From assembly GCA_028534125.1 (NCBI GenBank), contig CM052837.1, positions 36,332,001 to 36,396,000 on the forward strand: a stretch of 64,000 nt of DNA. Direction: 5' to 3'. The translations under genes were made by a program, and so were the position numbers. The notes under the pieces were generated by a model. The model searched no databases, was not told the origin of the DNA, and saw nothing but the letters and a program-made list of their open reading frames with translations. Numbering within the stretch: position 1 is the stretch's first letter; the number at the start of each line of letters is the position of its first letter. Positions 52,408 to 62,620 of this stretch are shown in pieces. This stretch comes from Lama glama. Lineage: Eukaryota.

Positions 52408-53434
52408 GTGGGCCTCGGGGTCCACAGGGGCAGCGCCACAGGTGCACGGGGAGAAGAGCATGCAGAGCGCCAAGCAGGTGTGGGGGGTGGCGAGGCGGCC
52501 CCTCTGCTGGGCCCTGGCCTCCTCTGATGGCCCCTGCGAGCCTCAGGACCCCCAACCCCAGGAGACTCTGGTTGAGTAGATGGAGTGGGAGGGGTGGCCT
52601 CTGGACAAGCAGGCGTCCGGAGCTCTGGCCACGCTCAGAGCTGCCAGTCGGGGCCCAACACACCCCGAGCTGGGGGCGGGGTGGGCAGAAGCAGCTGGCA
52701 CAGCTCAGCCGGAAGCGGCAGCACAGAGGAGGAGGGCGTGGGAGCCCACACCTGCCAATCCAGCCCCGAGCTCCTCAGCAATTTTGTCTCTCTTGATTAA
52801 ACATCCAAGGAACAGCAAGTTCACGGATGTGTTTTCTTCTCCGTCTTCTTGAAACACCCAAAATGGAGAAGCAGAGAACTGCCTTGCGGTTCCTGGGGGG
52901 CACCTGGCACTTTGGGAGTAGCGAAAGTGGGAGCGGAGAGGGATGAAGGATCCAGGCCCAGATTTAAGCAGGGGACAGGCCGCAGTGAAGGAGTGGCCGG
53001 GGCTTGTCTGGCACCAGGAAGGTGTGCAGGTGTGTGCTGGTGCAGGGGCAGAGCGCCAGCTCAGGAGGCCTGGAGCACACACCAGTGCTTGCTTTGGGAA
53101 GAACACTGAGCAGTAACTGTGTGAAGGGGGACATCACTGGTCATCACGCTGTCTGGGGGACAGTCAGAGCGGCTGGGACCTCTGGGTTGTCTCCCCTGGG
53201 GTGGAGCGGGGTTTGGGTGGCCACGTTCCCGTTCAGGCAGCAAGGGCTCTTCCAGTGAGGCCACCAAGCTGCCTCAGCTGCCGGCAGATGGTCTGAGAGG
53301 CTGCCATGGCATTTAGGGTGGGCCAAAGACAAGGCGTGGCTCACACCTGGGGGGTGGCCAGGTGGAGCGGGGCATGGCCCAGCTGCCCGGGAACCCGGGG
53401 CCCGGTGGTGGGGGCGGGGCCAGAGGGGGCCAGC

Positions 53435-54364
53435 TCACTTCCAGCAGTGCTCCAGGGAGCTGTGGGGCTGGAGCTTGAGCTTCTGGGGGCAGAGCAGCTT
53501 GGCGAAGGCTCGGCGGAAGCTGTGGTGGCACAGCGGGTAGAGGACAGGGTTGACGGCCGAGTTGGCCCACAGCAGCCAGAAGGACGTCTCGTACCAGTAG
53601 TCAGGGATGCAGTGGCCATGGCAGGCGGCCCGGATGATCATCAGGAGAGTGTACGGGGCCCAGCAGAGCCCAAAGATGCTCACGATGACTGCCAGTGACT
53701 TGGCCACCTTCTTGTCCCGCGAGAGCCGGAAGCGCTGGGTGATGCTCTGGGACACCATCTTCATGCGCTTCTCCAGGGATCCTGAGGACGCAGATGGCTT
53801 GGAGCCCCTCTTGAGCGAGCGGGGCCGCTCGGTGCCCCTCGAGGAGCTGCCGGAGCTGGAGGTGGGTGAGGCCACAGCACCCCCACCGCTGCCACCCCCG
53901 AGGGCCACCTCCCCAGCCTCAGTGCCTGGGGCCACCTCACTGACCCCAGACCCATGCTGATGCAGCGGCACGGCTTCCCCGCACCCCTTCTGCCAGCAGC
54001 CCCAGCAGCCGGAGGCGGCGGGCAGTGGAGAGGGCTGGGCCTCGGGCATGGGCTCCGAGCCCGCCACCTCACGCGCCCCATCCAGCCGGACGCGTGTGCG
54101 CCTCTGGATGTTCAGGTAGATGCTCAGGTTGAAGAAGGTGACACTCAGGAAGGGTGTGAAGAACTCAAGGGTGGAGGCCGTGATGAGAAAGTACCAGTTG
54201 TAGAAGAACTCAGCATAGCAGTGACCCTCGGGGATGGAGCTGCCCCCTGACAGGTACTCCCAGCTGAGGATGGCCGGGCCATACAGCAGGAAGGCCAGCA
54301 CCCACACCAGCACCATCTTCCACACTGCCCGCCGCGTGTCACCCTGCTGCGCCCGGTAGGAGAC
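53435..54364 (-). CDS. HRH3: Histamine H3 receptor exon 3
   Basis: VSYRAQQGDTRRAV...CWAPYTL...NPVLYPLCH...SLEHCWK*; cag acceptor; 930 nt; total 449 aa. Confidence 0.98.
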   Translation of the reverse strand, partial: VSYRAQQGDTRRAVWKMVLVWVLAFLLYGPAILSWEYLSGGSSIPEGHCYAEFFYNWYFLITASTLEFFTPFLSVTFFNLSIYLNIQRRTRVRLDGAREVAGSEPMPEAQPSPLPAASGCWGCWQKGCGEAVPLHQHGSGVSEVAPGTEAGEVALGGGSGGGAVASPTSSSGSSSRGTERPRSLKRGSKPSASSGSLEKRMKMVSQSITQRFRLSRDKKVAKSLAVIVSIFGLCWAPYTLLMIIRAACHGHCIPDYWYETSFWLLWANSAVNPVLYPLCHHSFRRAFAKLLCPQKLKLQPHSSLEHCWK

Positions 54365-55419
54365 CTGCAGTGGGACACACTGGGTCAGGAGGGGAAAGGA
54401 CAGAGCCCAGGCCAGTCGCTGCCCCCAGCTGCAGCAGGAACGTCGGCCTGGGAGCTCCCAGCAGCCTCTAGCTTCTGTGCTCACCCTTCCTTCACAGCAA
54501 ACGCTTCTCCCTTAACCTCTATCCTCCTGTGAATCCCAGGCAGTCTGTGTCACACTCCTGGAGCCTTGGAACCTCCCTCAGATCAACCCAAATCCTAACC
54601 TTGTGCCAGGCTGCCTGTTTACCATGTCCCCACCAGTGTGCACTCCCCCAGGGTCATGTTATTGTCCCCTTCGACTGAGCAACTGCCGTGTGCCAGGCTC
54701 TGGGCTCTGCACCTGCTGATATCATCTTATTTAATCCTCACAGCTGCTTCACCATTATCTCCACGTTCTTGAAGGCTCGGGCAGGGAGGGACAGATCACA
54801 GGTGAATTGGCTCAAGGGGCAGAGCTGACCCCAAACCCACGCTCTTTGCATTCTGACCCAGTGCGTCTCTAGACTGGACACATGAGGGCCCCAGCAGAGG
54901 GCCCTGGGGTACTCGATAAAGCTGTCAGAGGGAACATGAGAAGGCACAGGAGTGACCTCTGCTCAGTGCTGCTGGCCACATGCCTGCATGGCACTGACAT
55001 GGGAAGTCCAGGCAGTCCAGGGTCCCTGACTCTTGGTGGCCACCCACATCCAGGAAAGCTTATGGAACCTGTCTTCCTGGGGCACACACCGGCAGGGAGG
55101 TACCACCCTCAGATCCTCCCTCAGCTCCAGGGACTCGAGACCTGCTCCAGAGTGGAAGCTGAAGTGACCCCTTTCCTTCAGGTCCATATTGTGCCCTCTG
55201 CCTGAACCAGGACCAGCCCTACTAGTGGCAAATGGCTACTGAGTGGGCAGCTGGCCATAGAGCTCCAGGTGTGTCAGGTGTGAGGCCAGTGAGGACCAAG
55301 GCCACCCAGCACCACCCACACCTTGGCAGTGGCTGCACACCCTGCCCAGGGCTTCCCCTGGCCACTGCTGACCGCCCGTCCCCGAGGGCTGAGTGCGGGC
55401 CCCCACAGCCCAGACTCAC

Positions 55420-55586
55420 GGCTCGGGTGACCGACAGGAAGCGGTCATAGCTGATGAGGACAATGTTGAAGACGGACGAGGTGCAGAGCAGGTAGTCCAC
55501 CACCAGCCACAGCTTACAGAGGCCCCGGCCAAAGGGCCAGCGGCCAGTCAGCACGTAGGGCACGTACAGTGGGATGCAGAAAGCCC
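55420..55586 (-). CDS. HRH3: HRH3 exon 2
   Basis: GAFCIPLYVPYVLTGRWPFGRGLCKLWLVVDYLLCTSSVFNIVLISYDRFLSVTRA (D3.32, DRF motif); cag/gtgagt; 167 nt. Confidence 0.98.
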
Positions 55587-56635
55587 CTGGGAAGAGGAGG
55601 GCCTTGGTGGGCCATGGCTGGACAGGGGTCTGGGGTCAGACCTGCCACAGCAGAAACAGGCAGGACTTGGGGTCACACCGTGGGCCCCTTTCTGGGCCCA
55701 GCAATCCTCCCTCCACCTCATACCTGGGCACAATCTCTGCCCTGCACTTGGCCTTCAACCCCTGCCCAGCCCCAGCCTCACTGATGTCCCCTGGACTCGG
55801 GGGCAGGAGGAAGACCTAGGCATGAGGGTCACTGGCCGGGATAAGACCCGGAGCCTTGATTCAGTCATTCCCGGGCTTCCGTCCAGCCCCTCCCGGTGGC
55901 CCAAAGGAAGAAAGGTGAATTTCCTCCCTCTCCTCCGGCGCCACCGGACCTCAGCTCTTGTTCCAGCTTTTGGACGGCTCTCCCTCATCAGCTCAGAAAC
56001 CGAGAAAGCCTTTCTCCGGACTCAGAGGGCACTTGGCCGCCGCCACGAGGGCGGCTCCCACCGCCAAGCCCCGCTCTGAGCGTCTGGCAACAGCCCCAAC
56101 AGGTGTCTGGCGCTCCAGCCCCCTCCTTGCGCCCCGCCCCCCAGCCGGCAGCAGCGCACGGACACGTGAGAGCGCGCTCCTCAGAGCATCTCCCCACCCC
56201 CTCGCCTTCCCCATAGCCTCCTCCCCCAACACAGCTCTAAAAATCCCCCTTCCATGTCGCCTACCCCGAAACTCCCCCAAACCTCCCCCCAGAGCTCTCC
56301 CCATGTCCTGAGTCCGCTGCAGCCTTTGTTTGGCTTCGGCGCAGGAGCCAGCGCTGCACCGCGGCCGCAGCGCCTTGCGCCTTGCCGAGCGCCCGCCCGC
56401 CCTCTGGCGCCCCTTCCCCGGGGACATCCTTCCTCAATCCCAGTCCCGCGGCCGGGGAGGCAAGGAACTTCGCCTGTGCCCACCGCCCCACAAGTCCCGA
56501 ACTCCCCCCTCCCCAGGCCGGGCCCCCTAGCATAGCGTGTCCCCGAGGAAACGGCACCCTAGGTCCGCGCTCCAAATCCCGCTGGCCCGACCCTGCCGGG
56601 CGCCTCTGAGCTCAGGCGGGGGCTGGGGGATTTAC

Positions 56636-56888
56636 CCACGAGGAAGTCGGAGATGGCGAGGTTGAGCAGAAAGAAGTTGTTCTGTGTGCGAAGGCTCGAG
56701 TCGGCCACAAAGGCGAGCATGACCAGCGCATTGCCCAGCACAGTGGCCACGATGAGCAGCGCCATGAGCGCCGCCAGCACAGCGGTCCAGGCGGCGGAGA
56801 AGCCGCGCGCCCCGCCCGCCGCCGCCGCCGCCTCGCCCGTCAGCGCCCCCGACGCGTTCAGCGGCCCGTCGGGCGGAGAGCGCTCCAT
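56636..56888 (-). CDS. HRH3: HRH3 exon 1
   Basis: MERSPPDGPLNASGALTGEAAAAAGGARGFSAAW...GNALVMLAFVADSSLRTQNNFFLLNLAISDFLV; gtaaat donor; 253 nt. Confidence 0.98.
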
Positions 56889-57300
56889 GGCCCCTCCGGC
56901 TCACGCGGCGCCGGGGCGCGGGGCAGGGCGCGGACCGCCTGCCGGGCGGCCAGGAGGGGCCCCGGCCCGGGAGCCTGGTCTTTGCGGGCTCTCGGCCGGG
57001 GCGGGTTCCCCGGGGGGTGCCCGGCGCATGGTCCGCGGGCGCCGAGGCCGGGGCCGGGGCGGGCGGCGCTGAGGGAGCCCGGTCCGGAATCTGAGCCGAA
57101 TGGGGTCAGCAGCACGACCACTGCAGCGCGAGCGGAGCCAGAGCGGAGATGGAGCCAGAGCCGCTGCCGGAGCGTCCGTGCGCCCCGAGTGCCGCGCGCA
57201 GCGGAGTGCGCCCTGCGCCCAGCCCGCCGCCCCCCGCGCCCCGCGCAGCGCCCCCGCCATTGGCTGCCGCCCTCGCCCCGCCCCCGCCCCGCCCGGCGCC

Positions 57301-57321
57301 GGCAGCACCACGGACAGCGCC
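57301..57321 (+). promoter_or_regulatory. RE1/NRSE (REST binding site) in the HRH3 promoter
   Basis: ggCAGCACCACGGACAGCGCC, 19/21 match to TTCAGCACCACGGACAGCGCC. Confidence 0.9.
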
Positions 57322-58152
57322 GCGTGCCCGCCGGGCCGCCGGAGCCCCAGCCCGTGCGTGCACCGCGGCGCGAGAGCTGGGGCCTCGCCTGCGGTCAGCC
57401 GGCCAGCACACACAGGAGCCAGTCTCTGGGCTGCTCCGCCTGCCCCGTGCCCTCGGCCCCAGTGACCTCTGGCCGTCCCTCGTCGGGAGCCCAGGCGCTT
57501 GCGGGGGCCTGGAGTAGGGCACCCAGCTCAGGGGAACTTGCCCAGCTGGACCCCCTCCTCGTTGCACGCTTCGGGCAAGCAGGTCTCGGATGGGAGGGGG
57601 TCTCCAATAGCCAGTGCCCTGGCCAGGGGTTTGCTCCACCCCCCATATGCATGGGACTCTGGGTCTCAGTCTCCCCATAGGCAGGGCCCAGCGCAGGGTC
57701 CAGGGTGACCTGCAAGGCGCAGACAGATGTGGAAGTTACATAAGGAAAGACGGGGAACCAGTGGACCTAGCCCGGAAGGGAGCGTGTCCACCCCGAACTC
57801 AGATGTTCCTAGGTTTAGAGAGGAGGGACCACTGGCTGGGAGCCCCGCCATGGGTCCCTCCCAGCAGGCGGTGCGGTGGGGTGGTCACTGCTGCAGGGAG
57901 AGTTGAGGTCACTGCGCTCTTGGGGTGCAGCCAAGGCAGTGGTGCTGCGTTAGCGCCTGCGGAGGGGAAGGGAGAGGAGAGGCGCCGGGAAGGAGGGCCC
58001 CCTCCCCCCAGACACACACGCTCAAATAGACTGGGTCAAGGACGACACACACAGCAAGACAGACAGACACGCCCACGGGCAGACAAACAGACACCCACAG
58101 ACCAGGGAAACAGCCACCCAGCGTCAGACTGGGGACCCACGAATGGCAGTTA

Positions 58153-58174
58153 GACACACACACACACACACACA
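58153..58174. repeat. (CA)n microsatellite
   Basis: About 10-11 AC units. Confidence 0.9.
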
Positions 58175-61057
58175 TCAGACAGCAGACAGCGAGGGAGCAG
58201 TGCCCGAGGGAGAGGGAAGCAGCGACTTTGTTGCCAGCAGCACACATCTGCAGAAGCCTCAAAACGGAGAGAAATGCATGAGTCTGCCTTGGGGGTGGGG
58301 CAGCGAGGCTGGACGAGGAGGGGCTGCTGAGGGACCCCAGGCGCGGGGACACACACAGACATTCCCATACTTACAGCAGATTTGTGATCATGCTGGGACC
58401 CATCCCTCTCCCAGCCCCAAGAGGTGCTTTAAACTTTGGCGGGTGGGCAGTGCGGGGCTGCCTCTCCCCCCAACCCCGCCTGCAGCTAATTGCAGGGAGG
58501 AGACCCCAGACCCTCACCCCTGCCCCAGTGGATGCAGGATTCCATGGCTTTTCTCAACCTGCACTGGAGGAGCGGTGTGGGGCTCCAGCCTACCTTCCCA
58601 GAAGCCTTCTCTGAGTACCAGTCTCCCCTCCACCAGCAAGCCCTGCTCCTCTTTTAGGCTCCTCCAGCTCCCCCTTACTGCACCCCGACTTGCCTGGTGG
58701 GCAGAACTATACCAGGACCAGGCACTGGCTGGTGGTTGGACAAACTGAGGTGGAGAGTTCCGGGAGTGGGCAGCAAGGTGGCTGCCACCGTCCAAGCCTT
58801 CCCAGGCTTTGGTGCTGGGTAAGGATTTTCCATCCCTGTGCTCAGCCAGCAGCTCCCTGTTGCGTGGACCCCACCAGGTCAGGCTTCTTCCGCATCATCC
58901 CCGCCCCAGGCCTCTGGAGTTGGGTGGGGGTTGAGAGGGGGCCTCTGGCTCTCTCCTCGCTAGCCAGGAGCCCCCTGCCCAGCCTCAGTGCCCTGTCTTG
59001 GGATGGGGGCTGTGTGTTGCTTCCTGTCCAGGGTGGAGGGCTGATTTGAGGGGAAGTCTGTGCAGAGGGCGCCCAGTTAAAGTCTCAGTCAGGCCGGGCC
59101 CCGCTTGTCCTCATAGGTCTCAGGGTTCTTGGGCTTCCGCTGGTGGTCTCTTGCCCCCTGGCAGCTGGAGCCAGAGCTGGGGTGGACTCAGTGCAGACCC
59201 AGGTGCTGAGCACCCAGCTGTGCGACTTGGGGGAGCCCCTGAATCTCTCTGAGTCTGGAGAGCTTCCTCTCCAAACTGAGGCCATCAGGAGAGGGATGGC
59301 CACAGTTGCCCAGAGAGCTGAGGTTGACCATGGCTGTGGGTGGTGGGCGCCCCACATCACCACTTACATGCAGGACCTCACTAGCACCCCCTTCGCCCTA
59401 CAAGGTGGGTAGGACCAGCAGCTGCACGGAGCTAAGAAGCCACCTGTCCAAGGTCACACAAGGCCAGAGGTTGCTCCACACTCCTGGCCCAGCCCTGAGG
59501 TCACGGCCCCTGAGACCAGCAAATGTACCAACTCTCAGGACCTTGAATCCTCTGGGCTGGACAGGAGCCTTGAATTCTCTGGAGCGGGCCCCACTTAGCC
59601 AAGGCAATTGGGGTAAAAGAATCAGGCCCCCAAGAGGCTGTCCACAGGGCATCTTATCCTGAGGTCTCATCCCAAGGGGTGGGCATTTGGGCCCCAGGAT
59701 GGCAGGGAACCCTCCAAGGCTCTGGGAAAGTCTGGCTGAGGGTTGGGGGACAAGGACAGGCCCCTATTCTCAGCTCACTCAGACCCCTCCCACTCCCGAG
59801 AGAGTGGCCTGAAGCCTGAGTTTCTCCATTTGTCCGAACAGCCAGCATCTAGGGTTCAAAGTGTCCAGTCCAACATGGAGGCCATTGGGCAAAGAGCTCA
59901 TTCACGTAAGCCCTAGCCGGATGCGCAAAACCAGATCCCCTGCAAACCCCTCCTTCACACAGGAGATCGCTCGCTGGCTGACTGACTCGTTCATTCATCC
60001 GTTCCACAAGGTTTTACGGAGCTCCTTCTGAATATCAAGCCCTACCCTACGCCGCCCTAGTGGGGGGCCAGCACAGCGCGGGGAGTACGCAGTGCGCCTG
60101 ACGGCCACGCGCTCCAGGGAGAGAAACGGAGCCAGGTGGCGGGTGGACCGCGCCAGGGCACGGGATCCCTCGCGCCCAGAGAGCGGAGGACAGGGGGCGT
60201 CGCCACTCTGTTAGGGCTCATTGGCCCCCATCAGCAGGGGGGGTTGGGGCCGCTGTTCACAAAGTGGCCAGGGACAAGTGTGGGATTCAGGGCCCTCCTG
60301 GCACCGTGGCGCCTGCTGTGTGACTCTTACTGTGAATGGACAGAGCATCTACCCCAGCCTGAGAAGGAACAGTCACTGGGGCTCAGAGCCTCAGAAATGA
60401 GGGCGTGGTTCACACCCCCAGGAAGGCTCCCCAAACTTGCGGAGGTGACAGCTGAGGAGGGGTGTAGGCTGGAGAGTGGAGGAGGGGTGAGCACATGCTG
60501 AGGCCCTGAGACCAGCTACAGCGAGGGGCTGTCTGCCTGCCTCCCTCTCACCGAACGGAGCAGAGAACGTGCGGCACGGAGGTGTGCCTTTCAGAGGGCC
60601 CTCCAGGAGGACCCTGCAAGGAGGAGGGCAGGTGGTCAGCCCCAGCTGCAGTGCCACCTTCCAGCTGAGAGCAGTCTCTTCCCCCAGCATCTCCCTCCTG
60701 GCCACTGTGGTGCGGGACCCCTCTGTGGGTGATGCCTTCTGGGGCTCCTGCGGGGCTGGCTGGCTTTCTCAGAGGAGCACCTCAGTCCCACCTACCCTTC
60801 TCCCTGCCCGGGCGTCAGACCTGCGCGGCAGTTTGAAGGCTCCTGGCCTGTTCCCTCGCCCTTGATCTTTCACAGGTGTCCCCACTAACCTCACGACCTT
60901 GAACCTTGACTTGGCGTCTGCTTCCTGGAAGACCCAAGTCGACACAAGTCAGGTTTTGATTCTGAAAGGATGGCCAGGGAGCCTCCGCTGAGAAGGGGAT
61001 TGGAGCAGAGACCTGCAGGAGGGGGCGGGATGCAGCGGGTGGAGATGCAGGAAACAG

Positions 61058-61101
61058 CGGTCTGGCGGAGGGGACCGCGGGTCTGGCGGAGGGGACCGCG
61101 G
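61058..61101. repeat. ~22-bp tandem duplication
   Basis: ggtctggcggaggggaccgcgg twice. Confidence 0.85.
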
Positions 61102-62274
61102 GAGCCGAGGACGTTGGGTAGCAGCCCGTGCGTCTGTGGCTGCAGCACAGGGTTGGGGGGAGGGTTGGGGCGGAGGAGGGGCGAGGTGCCTCGAGCCTTG
61201 TGAGGAGCTGAGAGGGAGCCCAGGGCGTTTTGAGAGATAATGTGGCAGGACTGCCTGCTTCGGGGCAGCACGGCCTCTGCTAGGGGAAGGCAGAGAGAAG
61301 TGGGGAGGTGGCTGCAGTGCTCCAGGTGGGGATGGCGGTGGCAGTGGGGGAGGGGAGACCGGCTGGACTCCCAGTGTCTTTCGAAGCTGACACAAGAGGT
61401 GTGTGAGAGAAAGATGGGTCAGGGTTGACTCCAGGATTTTGGCTCAAATATGTGGAGGATGGCGTTGACACAAATGGGCCAGGGAGTCTGTGGAAGGAGT
61501 AGTTTGGAGGACAATGGGGTACTCGGATTTGAGTGTTGAGAGGCAATTGCCCACTGGACCTTCTGGAGGAGAAGTCGTCAGGCCCCCAGGCCCAGCCCCA
61601 GCCCTGGAATCTGAAGCCTGACCCAGCCATAGCCCACCCACCTCTTTTAAGTCTGGGGCCACAGGACCCCCGGGCTGGAGAGACCGAGCTGGATGTCACA
61701 GCCTCAGCACAGAAGGACGCCGTTCTGGTCATTCAGGGCCGTCACAGGGCAGCAGGCTCTCCCTCCAGCCGCCTCACTGTGCTAGAAAAACCTTTCTCCT
61801 TCAACAGACTACATGCCCTGCACTGGCGCCCACGGAGCCCCACCCTGCTGCGCGGGGACGTGGCCACTAACGAGGAATGATTAGGGATTGGAGCTGCCGG
61901 GGGCCAGCTGCAGGGCCATCGCCCTGCTGGTCATGGCCCAGGCATTTTTGCCCAAGCACTTGTCAGGATTCTGAGTCCACCTCTTTAGGGGAACTGCTGT
62001 TGGCTTTCTCTCTTTCTGCAGGAGCTCATTTGAATATGGGAATGCAGATTTTTCTTTTTTTGTTCCTTGTCTTCTTTTTTTCCCCCCAGTGACATTCTGA
62101 GACAGCTCCTGGTGCGTCCTGAGAGATCAGGGCCCGGTTGTGATCAGAATGTTCCCCAAGGCCACTGATTAGGAATAAATACTGAATCTGATTTCCCTGC
62201 CTTTAGGGACAAGGCTGAATTGGGCCCAGGGCCCAGGTGGCAGGAAGGAGAGAGGGGACAGGAGAACCAGGGAT

Positions 62275-62620
62275 ATAGTTGCTGTGGTTTGGCTGCTAAT
62301 GACAAAAACCAACTCAAAAAAGCCTCAGGAAAAGGAGTGTTTATTGCTGCCCATGGCTGTAAAGTCTAGGGGGTGGACTTCAGATACAGCTGCACCCAGG
62401 AGCTCAAAGACCTGGTGCTTCTTTTCACCCATCTTTTCTCTGTGTTCACCTCATTCCCAGCAAGCAATATCTCCCTGAGTTCTCTCCTTGAAGCGCCGGG
62501 CTGCTTTCCTGTATTCTCATCCACTTCCCAGGAGGAACGGCGCTGCCAACAGAACTCCAGAATTAGCCCCCTTGGCCTGACTGGGACAATCATGGTGGCC
62601 AGCTGGGGCAGCATGGCCTG
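62275..62620. mobile_element. Old MLT1-type LTR relic
   Basis: tttggctgctaatgacaaaaaccaactcaaa...gacttcagatacagctg...tggcctgactggg. Confidence 0.45.

Larger units (their letters stand above)
56330..57520. promoter_or_regulatory. HRH3 CpG island / promoter
   Basis: High CpG density and GC boxes around exon 1. Confidence 0.88.

Noticed and set aside
56815-56835. Extra Ala in the HRH3 N-terminal GCG run
   Set aside because: Trivial slippage in a short polyalanine tract
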